This document shows positions 27,035 through 39,382 of a DNA stretch of 64,000 nt, piece after piece. Position numbers and translations under genes: made by a program. The notes under the pieces are model-generated. The model made no database searches, was not told the DNA's origin, and saw nothing but the letters and a program-made list of their open reading frames with translations. The DNA is from Hydrolagus colliei (lineage: Eukaryota). The DNA lies in contig CM068750.1 in NCBI GenBank assembly GCA_035084275.1, positions 7,874,001 through 7,938,000 on the forward strand, written 5' to 3'. Every line of letters begins with the position of its first letter. The first letter of the stretch is position 1.

Positions 27035-27121
27035 GTGTGCATACTGTGCAGCTTCTGTTGCATCCTTAACAAATATCATTACACCTAAACTATTTGAAGG
27101 GACAGCTGAGTGGGTGAGCAG
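27035..27121 (+). CDS. FNTB: FNTB exon 7
   Basis: 87 nt, CAYCAASVASLTNIITPKLFEGTAEWVSR. Confidence 0.97.
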
Positions 27122-27843
27122 GTAAGTAGGTTTAAGAGAAAAATTCTTACACAAATGGAATTATTTTGAAAGTTATGAATTATTCCAGTGTTGCATATTC
27201 ATTTTGTTTCCTGCATGTTAATTGCCTTCAATCTAACTTACAAATGGTGTGGGAAGGCATTGCAGAGTGATGCTGGCACCAACATTTGTTTGACCAACAA
27301 TAATTGCATGTAACTACGGTATGTTTGGCCTGCTCTAGAATATAATATAGCCCTGTCAAAATACCCTTGCTTATCCTGATCAATATTACTTCAGGTCAAT
27401 TGATCATTCATTTTATGGCTTGTGTAATCTTGTTGGTACAAATGACTGCCACATTTGCTTACAAAAAAAAATCAGACATTGCATTTGTTAGAAATAACCT
27501 GTGAAGAGTTTTGAGTGGTCTTAAGGCACTGTAAAAATGTAAGTTTTTTCCACTCATTTATTTATCTATCTGTTTGTTTCTTCATCACAATCTCGTTTCA
27601 TTTTTGTTACTGAAGATCATGTGAATGTTTGGGAAATAGCAAAAGGCTGAGTAGCTGCTAGCAAACATTTATTCAGGGCTATGCCAAATTAGCAATCTGA
27701 TTTTCCCCTGTTGCTCCAACTTAGTGGGATTCCACAGTGCATTGTTATAGGGGAAAAAGGGAAAAATTATAGAGGGAAAAATTGCTTAAAATTGCTTCTG
27801 ACTATCTTCCTGGTTAGTGTGAACAATTGTGTTTCCTTCACAG

Positions 27844-27973
27844 GTGTCAGAACTGGGAGGGTGGGATTGCTGGCATACCTGGGATGGAGGCCCATGGTGG
27901 CTACACATTCTGTGGCATGGCTGCCATGGTCATCCTTCAAAAGGAACGGATGTTGGACCTCCGAAGGTTGTTA
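27844..27973 (+). CDS. FNTB: FNTB exon 8
   Basis: 130 nt, CQNWEGGIAGIPGMEAHGGYTFCGMAAMVILQKERMLDLRRLL. Confidence 0.97.
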
Positions 27974-28436
27974 GTAAGTCGCCCTTGTGTACTTGATTTT
28001 GGCTAGAATAATTCAGATATTAAATCTTAAAACCCAAACTCCCAAGCGTCCACCATGAACTTCCAGCTTGTACAACTTGTCATACGTCTTAGTCTGTCCA
28101 TTAAATGTTATTGTCACCGAATATGGGTCTTCCAACTAATTTTCTTGGGATTAGTTGAACAATTGGGATACAGAACAAAGTGAAGAATTTTGTTAAAACC
28201 GGATTGATTCGTATTTATTTTCAAGAAAAAGACACTTGATTTCAAACTTATTAAAGCTAATAGATTTGGAGTTATTTTTCTGTATAAATAAGTGAGATAA
28301 TTGATGGGGGATTCCTTCCCCAGATTGAAGAATGGGGAGAAACTGCCTAGGAAATTGGCCGTACACTAGCTGTTTAGCACACGCTGAATCATTTGCACAT
28401 CTCAGGAAAGATACCGTGATGTTGTATTTTGTGCAG

Positions 28437-28569
28437 CGTTGGGTGACGAGACGGCAGATGCGGTTTGAAGGTGGATTCCAGGGACGATGCAACAAGCTAG
28501 TGGATGGTTGTTATTCCTTCTGGCAAGCTGGAACTCTCCCCCTCCTGCACCGAACACTACATGTACAAG
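28437..28569 (+). CDS. FNTB: FNTB exon 9 (GC donor)
   Basis: 133 nt, RWVTRRQMRFEGGFQGRCNKLVDGCYSFWQAGTLPLLHRTLHVQG; Zn ligands D and C of DGCY; donor AAG|GCAAGT. Confidence 0.96.
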
Positions 28570-28932
28570 GCAAGTGTTCATTTGCAAAAAGGTGAACTCT
28601 TATATTTTAAACTGGAGATGACCACTCATGTCTTGTACCAGTGTAGCCTTTCCAATATCATTGTCCACATCAATAGGATGAAACCGCTCAAAGCCAGTCT
28701 GAGAGTGTGCATCCATCAGAGAACAACTTTCATCAAATTAATTTGTATTGGATCGAAACTTGGATACCACAGGTGAAAGGACAATGGTTAAGCTACTTTA
28801 CAGCATTATCACAAATCATTTATTTTGGAACTTGCCTTTATTAAGCTCCCAAATTTGACCTTTGTATTTGTAGTTGATTTTTTTTGGTTCATTGCTTTGT
28901 GCTAACCATCCTGTACTTTTATGTACCCACAG

Positions 28933-29044
28933 GAGATTCTGCTCTTAGTACGACGCACTGGATGTTCCACCAAGAAGCATTGCAAGAATACATACTACTC
29001 TGCTGCCAACATTCTAATGGTGGTCTCCTAGACAAACCCACCAA
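28933..29044 (+). CDS. FNTB: FNTB exon 10
   Basis: 112 nt, DSALSTTHWMFHQEALQEYILLCCQHSNGGLLDKPTK. Confidence 0.97.
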
Positions 29045-29390
29045 GTGAGTGGGTATCTTGTGTTATTCTCAACCTGAGAAAATGTTAATCAAAATGGAAA
29101 AAATTTATCTTATTGTGGCTATATAGAGAACTACTAAGTAGAGAACTACTGAGTAGAGAATGTGGTGTAATTTCACTGAGTGCCCCAAGCATGGTGTTTC
29201 TCATTTACACTCTAGCTTGTCAAATAGCAAATAGGATTATAAAGCTAAATATGTGAAAGAGAAGTGGAACTTTGGGGAAAGAGAAAAAATATTTTAGGCT
29301 GAGAGTGTGTCCAACCCTTGCTTAGTTACAGATCTAGCAATTGATCTTCCAATTAGCTTTTTTTTGGTCAACCAGAGCATAAGTGGAAAC

Positions 29391-29725
29391 TAGGGTCCGT
29401 CGATATCGAAATTTTGCGATATCGATATTTCGGTTTGCCCATATCGATATATATCGATATCGCAGTTTTTTTGTCCTGCGCATGCGCGCGTTCGGAGGTG
29501 CGCGCGCGTTCGGAGGTGCGCACGTATTCAGGGGTACGCAAGTTGAAAAAGTCCATATCATACCGATATATCGCCAGACACGATATACTGATATTTGCGA
29601 TACATTGATATTTTTTTTCATATCGAATTTTTCGATATATCGATATATTTTAAATTCTGATATCGGCATATCGATATGAAAATTATATCGATCTAACCGA
29701 TATATCGATATATCGCCAGACCCTA
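29391..29725. mobile_element. Non-autonomous hAT-type DNA transposon (MITE, 335 bp) in FNTB intron 10
   Basis: 8-bp TSD GTGGAAAC at 29383-29390 and 29726-29733; TIRs TAGGGTCCGTCGATAT / TAGGGTCTGGCGATAT; many CGATAT subterminal motifs. Confidence 0.93.
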
Positions 29726-30148
29726 GTGGAAACCAAACAAAAGAGTATCCAAACCAAATAGTTCCATGCACCCTGCCTACACATGGACATTCCAGATACT
29801 GTATTTATTGGAATACACACTCTCACCCCAGAGGGATGCATCTTTCTCACCTAATCCTGGAACCTATTAGGCGCAGGTTGCCAAGAGCTAAGGCTTGGGA
29901 CCCCAATGTTTTTGTCGGGGTACTGTTTGAGCAATCTTTCGACCTGCTTGTCTAGAAGCTAAGACCACCCTACCCATTAGACCTTTGGCTTGCAAGGATA
30001 ACAAGAGTGGAATGGAAGGAGTCCCTGCCACCAATGACTGGTCACTTCCAAGATCTGACAATGAGTTAGGCTGTGCTGTGAGTTAGGCAATACGTTTGAA
30101 AAAACTAATTTTAATGTGTTTGTGTGTCTTCTGCTTTCTTTTCCTCAG

Positions 30149-30263
30149 ATCAAGAGACTTTTATCATACTTGCTATTGTCTTAGTGGACTTTCACTTGCA
30201 CAGCACTGTGTTGGTGGAAATGTTCTGCATGAAATGATAGTGGGTGATCCAAACAACCGACTG
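30149..30263 (+). CDS. FNTB: FNTB exon 11
   Basis: 115 nt, SRDFYHTCYCLSGLSLAQHCVGGNVLHEMIVGDPNNRL; Zn-ligand His in DFYHT. Confidence 0.97.
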
Positions 30264-30806
30264 GTAAGTTTTATTTGATGAATCATAGGAGAAATCAGTT
30301 TATTACTTTGGGATCTTGTGTTGAAAATAAATTTGATGACAGTAAAATATTATCTCTGAAATCCTTTTCCCAATTTTCAATAATAAAAGGTTCATGTATC
30401 TTTGTGCTGACTTTTTGGGGGGGTCTACTTCACACCAATCACTTAAATTAGCTGTTTTATGTTCTTTATGATGGGAACTTCATCATAAATGTGTAGGAAA
30501 AGGATTAGAACTTTTCTTCCTTATCAAGGATCGGGATGATCTTGAATCATCTCTACTGTATATGTAGGACCAGATGGATGTTTTGTGGTTGCAGTGAGTT
30601 ACCAAGTGTAGTTGTGGGTCTAGAATACAAAATACACAAGCTTGATGTGCGTTTCTGTTGTACGGTGGCAGGATAAAATGAAGGTTTTGAAATGAAGATA
30701 CTTTCTTCACAGCCAATATGTAGCTGAAACATTTTTATCCAGAATATATCTGGTGTTTAATAAGTGTAGGAATACGTGGTTAAGATTCTCTTTTGTCTCA
30801 AAACAG

Positions 30807-30914
30807 GAACCAACCCACCCAGTATACAACATTGGTCCTGAAAAAGTAGCACAAGCTTTAATGCATTTCTTCCAGTTGCCAGTTCCTGAGATGAAGAACT
30901 TTGATTCAAATTAG
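30807..30914 (+). CDS. FNTB: FNTB exon 12 (last coding exon)
   Basis: EPTHPVYNIGPEKVAQALMHFFQLPVPEMKNFDSN*; the 12 exons sum to 1242 nt = 413 aa + stop. Confidence 0.95.
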   Translation, partial: EPTHPVYNIGPEKVAQALMHFFQLPVPEMKNFDSN

Positions 30915-31243
30915 TATCAGTATCCATTGATGAAGTGGTAAATAGATTTCCAATGTATTTCTCATGTAATCTCAGTGAAAAGAATTGTGGTTTGAAAAGC
31001 AAAGGTATGATGTGGAGCAGATACAATGGAAGTGATTGATTTCTCAGACCAAGTCAACAGAACTACTTTGAAGAAATAGTCCAATTGGCATTCACCTATC
31101 TTGTCACTGACTCTGCTGCAGAAACAGGTGAGTGTCTGGAAGGTGTCTGTTAAATGATTCTGAATTCCTCAAAGATGAAAAGGATTGGTCCAAGTATGGC
31201 ATTTTGCTTTTTGTTGACTTTAGAAGTAATTTATTACTGTTGC

Positions 31244-31249
31244 AATAAA
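31244..31249 (+). terminator. Likely FNTB polyadenylation signal
   Basis: AATAAA 330 nt after the stop, followed by a T-rich tract. Confidence 0.6.
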
Positions 31250-31786
31250 AACTTTTTTTTTTCAAGCTTCCAATCTTGTCTGCTTTAATTTTCACCGTTT
31301 CAGAATGGATTGTGGAGCTTTCTATTGCAGGAAAGGCTCCGACTGTGTTTAGTGTGTATTACTGTAGTGACAAAGGATTGGGAGAAATTTGCTGTAGAAA
31401 GTGAGATTTTGGCTTTCCAGACTGTTACACTTCAATGATATCTGCAACTGTTTGACATTGAAAAAATTCAGAAGTACTCTGGTTTGGAGAGATTGCTGTG
31501 CGTATCACAACAAAACACTGTTCAAAACTTGTTCCACTTCTACCGCTAGAGAGCATCCATTTTTGGTGAGGGAAGGGTGCTTTAAGCCATTAGGATGATG
31601 TACTCAAGGTAAATCATGTCTTTATATTGGCTTCAAGTATTTGTGTTGACAATGTTTCTCTTCTGTCCCACCAACAATATTAAATTTTGCAACTGCAAGT
31701 CATTTATGCCACTCCTGACCAAATGGGTGGGGGGGGGTGTAATCACAATCAATAAGTATCACAAACGTAACAAGGATAAAATAATT

Positions 31787-31792
31787 TTTATT
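31787..31792 (-). terminator. Likely MAX polyadenylation signal
   Basis: TTTATT on + (AATAAA on -), about 1 kb after the MAX stop, with GT/T-rich downstream sequence on the - strand. Confidence 0.55.
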
Positions 31793-32809
31793 TATAGTCT
31801 CATAGTAAAGGTCAGCCTCAACTTGCAAGACAATTCTTGGCAGTATGTACAACATACCTGTAATTTCCATGGAATGGAATCATAACAAAGAGACAAATCT
31901 ACATAATGCTACAAGCTAGTTTAAGCTTAGACCAATAATTGAAAAGGCAGAGATAGACAAATGTACACACACTCCGACACAGCCTGAATGGTGCTAGGCA
32001 GCCAGATGATTGTTCAAACACAATAATTAGCAGTTGTGGGAATCAATCTTACTTTGTATATTGTATTATGCAAACAGGGGCTTAAATACAAATATTTCAG
32101 TTCCTGCTAAAACACTTACACTTAATAACATTAACTAGTTTGGATGAATTGAAAGTTGATATTTCAGTACCATGAAGCATAGCTTGAGGGCACTTAAGCT
32201 GTTCCATCATTCTGTAGGGTTTCACTACAGCATTTCAAGGCACAGAATATTTGAGTTTTTAATCTGCTAATACAAGGAAACAAATGGTTTGGTTTATCTT
32301 TGAAGGTCATTAGCTTCAATACTCAAACATTAAACATCTTCAGTTTCATAATTGATGTGAATAAAATAAAGAGTTTTCAAAATAAGCATACAAAGACTGG
32401 TTGTGTCCTCAATAGGGTTGAACACTCCAATCAGTTTTGTACTAAACACCTATACAGATTAATAATCCATCAAATAACTTGTGCCTTGCTTCCTTAATCT
32501 CTTAATAGCATAAATGATCAAATTTAGGCTTTTTTCCTTTGGGTGCCACAGCTAGTGCACAAGTCTTAAGAACTGCTGTAAGGATTCAGTCACAGCAGGT
32601 GGAGTCCTTAATATTTTTGAAAGCTGCCATTTTGTAATTTCATGAGAAAGCAGCGGGTCCTTCTGATGAAACAAGATACCATCTTTATAACGGCATCTAT
32701 TGTTATTGTTCTAGGAACACAAAAAGGGTCTGACAGAAGACAAACTGAAAGATAAAGCTATATACAAGAATCCCTAGTAAAATCAAGGCAGTTTATTGCC
32801 TCAGAAGAT

Positions 32810-32997
32810 TCAGCTGGCATCCATTCGCAGTTTCTTTCTGGTCTGGGGTTCTTCTGTTTCTGACTCAGAAGTCGAATCAGAGCCCCCATCAAAGGCAGAA
32901 ACTGCACTACCCTTGGGATTGGTGTATAAGCTGCTGTCGGAAGATGAGAAGTTGGCTTGTAGCTGAGCAGCTGTCCGTGCCTTTTCCAGTGCACGTA
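32810..32997 (-). CDS. MAX: MAX last coding exon (zipper end, acidic region, NLS)
   Basis: (V)[61 protein letters not shown]; acceptor ttgcag|; 188 nt. Confidence 0.97.
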
Positions 32998-34370
32998 CTG
33001 CAAGACAAAAGAAAGTGTGATGAAATCAAATGACTTCTAACCATAGATTCTATCGTTATAAGGACCCTGCGTCTTGCCTCTGCTTAGGACTGCAAGCATG
33101 CATATTAGGTGGCCTTTTAAAAAAAATCACAAACGATTTAGCCCACAGAAGCATCATACTATTTAGAGTGATTCCCGTCTAAATTTAGATAGGTTTAGGC
33201 AGATTTGCTCCATGTGCTTCTGGATCTCACTAATGGACAGGCCAGCCATGAAATGTTAACTAGGTGAGGATGGAGTGCAATTCTCTCTTAATCTCCAGAC
33301 AAAGTGGAGAATATTTGGAGGTAAGAAAATCAGTTTATATAACTAAGGATCTATCAAAACAGAATGATTATAACTACTGGTTATAGGTTCTCATTTCTCC
33401 CTTTCATTGCCCCTTATTAAATTCAGGGTGTTTGAAATCAGAAGTTCACTGCCTGGAAATCAGAACACAGAAAATTGTTGGATTCACAAAAATGGCCATC
33501 AAGATATTTTGCAATCCTTAGCAAACTTGGCGAGAAATGATAATGTGTAACGATGTATTTCAAAGTGAATTGATTTGCAGCTATTGGGAGATGTTCTGGG
33601 TGGTCATTGGACACAAAGTGATTCCAATAATGTTCTATTCGGGTTTGGTAGCCCCCAGTTTAGAGATGTATGTATTATTGGTCTATGGTGCTATTACTTC
33701 AGATTCCAAGATTCAGCAAGTTACCAGAAAATGTTAAGTCTAGTCTTAAATGTTCTGTTGCTACCACCTTGTGGTAGAGTTGTTCAGCACAGTTATGTTA
33801 TTCTGTACCAGACACAGAAACTTGACCCTTTGAGAATTAACACTGAACTGGATTTTCCATTACTGCTTGGAAGATTTAAGCATGGTATATTAAGCATGAA
33901 ATTATTGAGCCACAGGGAATTATTATTATTATATGTAGATGCATACACGAGGAATAGATGGTTAGGGATAGAGAAAAATCACTCTTCTCCATCAAGAGGG
34001 ACTTTGCATAAGAGAAATTCAGGCTCGCCCATCCATTAAAAAAAACTCTTGAAATAGATTTTTTACATCAAGCAAAGGCCAGAAATATGGAATGTGAAGA
34101 ATCCGTTTTCTATTTCAGTTGTAGTCAACCCTATGTATAATCTAAATATTTTCCCTATGATATGCAGCATGGAATATTGATACACATCAGCTATCTACTA
34201 ATAATATTTGCAGAAAGTTTGGTAACTTTAACTTGAGATATGTAACCACTTCCCTTGCTTGTTGTGATACTTAAGAAAAGTCTTGCAAAGAACTACAGAT
34301 CAGTGTTGGATTTGTTGAACTTTCCCTGAAATAGTTAATGTTGCTCAATATTTTTGGCGCAAAGCAACTA

Positions 34371-35225
34371 CTGTATATCTCCGCGTATAAGGCGCACTTT
34401 TTTTCAGGTCGGAAGATCTTGAAAGTTGGGGGTGCGCCCTATACGCAGGTACAAGAGATTTTGAGCCTCGGAAATACAGTAAACAGGAGGGGCGGCCGGC
34501 GCGCTGTCAGCCGGGGTTTGGTCAGTGTCCGGCGGGGGTTGGGAGGAGCGGGTGACAGGGCTTCGGCCTCGGCCGCCCGGGCAGCGGCAGCAGCAGCGGA
34601 CTTCAGTGCTGTGCTTACCTTCTGCCGAACCCAGTCTGCCTGCCTCCCTCCCTGCCTGCCTCTCCCTCCCTGCCTGCCTCTCTCCCGGGCTGCCGGCCTG
34701 CCTCTCTCCCTCTCTCTCTCCTGGGCTGCCTGCCTGCCTCTCTCTCTCCCGGGCTGCCAGCCTGCCTCTCTCCCTCTCTCTCCCAGGCTGCCGGCCTGCC
34801 TCTCTCCGTCTCTCCCTCCCGGGCTGCCAGCCTGCCTCTCTCCCTCTCTCTCTCCCAGGCTGCCGGCCTGCCTCTCTCCCAGGCTGCCGGCCTGCCTCTC
34901 TCCATCTCTCCCTCTCTCTCCCTGGCTGCCGGCCTGCCTCTCTCCCTCTCTCTCTCCCGGGCTGCCGGCGTGCCGGCCTGCCTCTCTCCCTCTCGGGCTG
35001 CCGGCGTGCCGGCCTGCCTCTCTCCCTCTCTCTCTCCCACGCTGCCGGCCTGCCTCTCTCCCTCTCTCTCTCCCTGCCTCCCTCCCTGCCTGCCTGCCTC
35101 TCTCTCTCCCTACCTACCTGTCTCTCCTCCCTTCTGCCGGCAATATCATTGAAAATGCTTCCGTTTTTTTTTCACCAAGAAAAGGTCAAAAACGGGGGGT
35201 GCGCCTTATACGCGGAGATATACGG
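34371..35225. mobile_element. Non-autonomous Tc1/mariner-superfamily element (855 bp) with internal minisatellite, in the last MAX intron
   Basis: 27-bp TIRs CYGTATATCTCCGCGTATAAGGCGCAC (1 mismatch); TA TSD at 34369-70 and 35226-27. Confidence 0.92.
34636..35130 (+). repeat. Pyrimidine-rich minisatellite (GGCTGCCGGCCTGCCTCTCTCCC... units)
   Basis: Visible tandem units; explains the low-complexity ORFs at 34338 and 34525. Confidence 0.9.
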
Positions 35226-35389
35226 TACTTCCTTTTATTACAAAATAGAAGTTGTAACAGTGCTGACTCTGACCTAGCGCTCTGCAATTTTACAAGAAGG
35301 AATCTTATTGAAGAGTATACAAACTATGTCTAGTTTTCCTTTATATCCCATTTGTATAAATATCCAAGAATCCAAAAGTACTAGGAAGG

Positions 35390-35580
35390 CAGTTAGAACT
35401 CTCAAAACCCCTGGGCAAGATAGAAATTCTAGGGTTCCTGTTCGCTACCCCGCTAGACCACGTATGCATGTAGATGTTTGAGGATAGGATCAGGGTTGGC
35501 TGTGATGTTCCTCTGGTTAAAATAACCAGCTAAATTTCTGCCTGGGCTCACAAATTAAGAATGATCATTTAGTTGTAATC
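35390..35580 (+). mobile_element. Ancient SINE-like fragment (similar inverted copy near 38200-38440)
   Basis: Resemblance to LF-SINE-like ancient repeats is from memory; weak similarity between the copies. Confidence 0.35.
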
Positions 35581-35789
35581 TTAGGGAAAAGGGTTTATTT
35601 TCCATTCATATAAATCCATTTCTTATTGGATGATTACAAACTGAAATTTGTACAAAAATGTAATCTAAACTGAGCCCAATACAATGTAATTTCATTTAAC
35701 AGCCTCTTAAAACACTGCTGGTGACCTCAAACATAAACATTATGCGCAAAGGTTTGAATCATGATAACCACAATTTTACATACCCTTAC

Positions 35790-35913
35790 CTTGCTGCTCA
35801 AGCAGAGCGTTCTGTCGCTTCAGATCATCAATGTCCTGCTGATGTGTGTGGTTTTTCCGCCTCATATACTGAATGTACTCTGTGGCTTTATCTAAGATTT
35901 GGGCACGAGATGC
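35790..35913 (-). CDS. MAX: MAX exon (helix 2 - leucine zipper)
   Basis: 124 nt, [41 protein letters not shown]; tag| acceptor and G|GTAAG donor. Confidence 0.98.
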
Positions 35914-38900
35914 CTATTAAAATAAGAAATTATTTAAGTGGAGTGCAGAACAAAATTCTCAAGCTGCTCCATGTTACAACTTAAAATGCAACATTTGCCA
36001 AAATATTCTATGAGGACGGAAACAACTTCATGGTTGGGGATCAGTTTTAATAATCTAGTAATTTTCATGTTTAAAAATCCTGTGCCGTTTACATTAACCA
36101 AAAGAACCACAAAGAATAGTACCAATATTGACTAAAAATATAAAGGATTTTGCAAGTTGACCATGTATATATACTTAACTTGTACAAATCACCACATATT
36201 TGCTGTTTTATTCAAGCAGCAGTATCTTTGGTGTACCTTTGAAATCTGTCATCAAAATGTTCTAATAATGCTTTTACAAGGTGTAGGAAAATTGTTATAC
36301 CAGCTTAGTTGTACACATTCAAAATGCTGCAAGATACTGTATTTCAACTGTATGATGTATTTCCAAAATGGCCTTAAAAAGACTGCTGCACAATAAAATG
36401 AATTTGCTGAGATTTTTACATGTTTTACAGGATATCATTTGTACTCTTGTGATCAAGTCAATGTGCTCTTGCCAAATCTGCTGGTGCCCGAAATGGCAAC
36501 CATTTTAGTTGGGTTACTGAAACTGAAAGCACAATTTTGCATTGTGACAACCTTGATCGCCAGTTTTCTTACTTTACTTCCTGTGGTTCAGATGTTCCAG
36601 TGCAACTTTGTTTAGAAAAAATGTATTGAAACTTTACAGTCGTATGGTATTGCCAAAAAAGTCACCAACATCCAAAAAAGATTTATTTTCTTCAAAACAC
36701 AAAGAATATGAAATGAATTACCTCGTACCACCTCAGTCTTTGAATACCCAGGTGAGCTAACTGCAAGCATTGGCACCAGCAGCTTAGCTCCAATAAAACC
36801 ACATTGTGCAAGCTTTTTAATCTGGTCCACAAATTAGGCAATTGTTAAAACTTCTGCTCTCAATGTCGAGAGCAGAATTAGTATCAGCATGAAATAATTC
36901 ACATTTTAATTCATTTTCCTTTGTAAATACACATGACAAACTTAAAATTGTGTCAAAAACAAATGAACAGTACAACTGAATGATTATAATCAAGCATTCA
37001 TCAGTCAAAACTTAATGCTGGGTTTAGGTTTGTGACCAGCCTCCAACTTCTGGCGGTATAAGCCAACCTGAAACGAAATATGTTGGCCTACGCTCCAGCA
37101 CTGATGGATGAACCAGTTCTCCCGCCAGAGACCTCTTCTGCCACCACTCCGTTGCTGAACAGCCAGAGCTGAAGGCCTTTATTTCTGCGCATATGTGGAA
37201 ATAGTTACGTCATTGAATTACACATGCAAAAACAAAACTCAATCCAGGACTGAGCAAGAACTTGGCCAATCTTAATTTTCCTGGTTGGAAGTTACCAACG
37301 CAGTGAGGTGGGGGAAAGAAAATGAGGAATGTCAGGAGCAAAATCATCTGATATTCCAGCACAGCTCCTACTCTTTCGTTGATTGCAAAGCAACTGAATA
37401 GGAAGATTGTCCAAGTGTCTGCACTTGCATGGAATTTGCGACATCACAGAGACATACATGCATTGATGTCTTTATGCAAATGGTGTTAATACACCTGCCA
37501 TGAATATATATGCAATGACCTTACTGTTTCTGTGGCATGCACAGAAACAAAACTGCAACTTTCAAAGTGAACATTTTGCTTCACAAAGAGTGATGTTCAA
37601 CACATGAGCAGCACTCTTTGAACCACAGGTAGCACAGCAACCTACAGTTCATTAAAAGACCTGGGAATGGTAAAAGAAACACAATAATATTTTTCTCCTA
37701 TGGAACTTCCAAACTTGGTTTCAACAGCTTAATTCCCCCAACATTATATTCTAAAAATCCCCAAATCTAGCATTCCATATGAATATCTAAATTATTAATT
37801 TTAAGTCGTACCTTGACACTTTCTGTAGTAGTCTTATGGTCACAAAAAAAAGCAAACGTTTTGCAGCATTCTTATGTAAGTGATAAGGAGCTTGTTTTTC
37901 ACAATTGTATACTTAGCTCTACTTCAGAGGTAGTTGAACATACAGTACACAATTATACTGTAATTGCAATTCTTTCCATTTAGATCTGATGTCTATGGTG
38001 TTTGTTTTGGCTCCTTGACCACCCTAACTGCACCTGCTTTCACCTAATTTCCATAAGAGGTTTGAGAAACATTGGAGCAACCGTTGAGTCTTGGCCAGTT
38101 TTTCTCCTTCTAATAGTGGTTACATAATTTTTCCTTACACTGGAGTATCCTTCCATAGTTGGTCACCCTGAGTAGCATTGCCCAAGTAGTTGTTATATAC
38201 GTGTGAGAGCTGTGGTGGTGGATTCTGAGCAAAGCATTTGGCTGCAAGTGGTATCTCTGAGCTAAGCTTGATCCTTTTCACACAGTATCTACACAAGTAC
38301 ATCTTCAATCCAACAGGTGTCTCTAAATAGCATTAAAGAGCAGAAACCTGGGCTGATTATCCCCATACTAATCCATGGGGTGCTAATGCCAATTGTAGCA
38401 CATACTATTATGATGAGGTGAAATAAACCATACCAGGGGAGTCTAATCATATTTAATCAACATTAACCCCTACTGTTTCAGAAATTCTCATATATTTACT
38501 GTGCCTCCTTTGCTGGTAAAATAACTGCCCTATCAATTACTGTAGTAGGAAAGGAAAAGAACAGTTCAATATTAGTTTAATGGAAACTGGTTGGTCTAAG
38601 ATGTGTGGTTTAATCAATCCCCATAAACCAGGTCTTGGAAGGAGAATGCTTTGTGTGATTCTTAAAAAGATCACTAGCCTGTAGCTTCCATTATACTCAT
38701 CTGTTCATGTTCTATGTGGCAAATCCATTTTGTACTGATCCTCCTGCTCCAATGTTTGATGCTGGGGTACGGCAGGATCCAGTGGTAATGGGCACTTTAG
38801 CCATGTACCCTAAAGCATTTTATTCTGGCTACAGTGGGACAATCTAAGCATTCAACTGAATCTCAAACCTCCACTCGCAATGAAAACATTGTCAGACAAA

Positions 38901-39352
38901 TAACCTATGCTCATTTCTAAATATATATATACATCTGTGGCTACATCAACTGCATTGTTAAAATGTGAATTTGCTGGAATTCTTAAAATTACCCTATATG
39001 GTGCACCACTGACCATTACAATCCATATTCTCTCAGTTACTATCTCATGAAACAACCAGAAAATGACAACAAAAAATTAAACCACTGCTTCTCGCCGATT
39101 TAAATGCTAAATACTGAGGATTAAATCGCTAAAGCATTTAAACTTAATTCCTCTGATTTATAAAGGACTCTCAGTCCCCACCCCATTCTAAAGGATTCCT
39201 TTAATTCTGGAAAAAAGTGTTGATTTGTGTCATGCATCACACAGATTTCTGAACGCTGTCTGCTATCACTCATTAAGAAATCAGTGAGCCTTACCACAAT
39301 CAGATTGTTCACTTCCACCCCATAGAAATATAGCGTTTACTTTTAAATTTAC

Positions 39353-39382
39353 CAGTTTGATAGATATCCCACATTGAGCTAA
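39353..39382 (-). CDS. MAX: Candidate 30-nt alternative MAX loop micro-exon (LAQCGISIKL)
   Basis: Acceptor TTTACCTTTTCCACTCTTTGTTAG|, phase 0-0, donor CTG|GTAAAT; ends ISIKL, resembling the teleost QSIKQ loop insert as recalled. Confidence 0.5.

Noticed and set aside
29334-29771. Overlapping ORFs rich in I/Y/R/D
   Set aside because: Produced by the ATCGAT repeats of the hAT MITE
31122-31127. 6-nt micro-exon AAACAG between CAG and GTGAGT downstream of FNTB
   Set aside because: Would replace the conserved last exon with non-homologous sequence; the donor is more simply read as a 3'-UTR donor or chance
34338-35333. 331-aa and 250-aa ORFs
   Set aside because: Low-complexity L/P/S/A/C translations of a stop-free minisatellite inside a MITE; no transposase motifs
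37063-37088. GCCAAC-CTGAAA-CGAAA-TAT-GTTGGC, a hammerhead-like mini-hairpin
   Set aside because: Lacks the full CUGANGA box and stem II; too short to distinguish from chance
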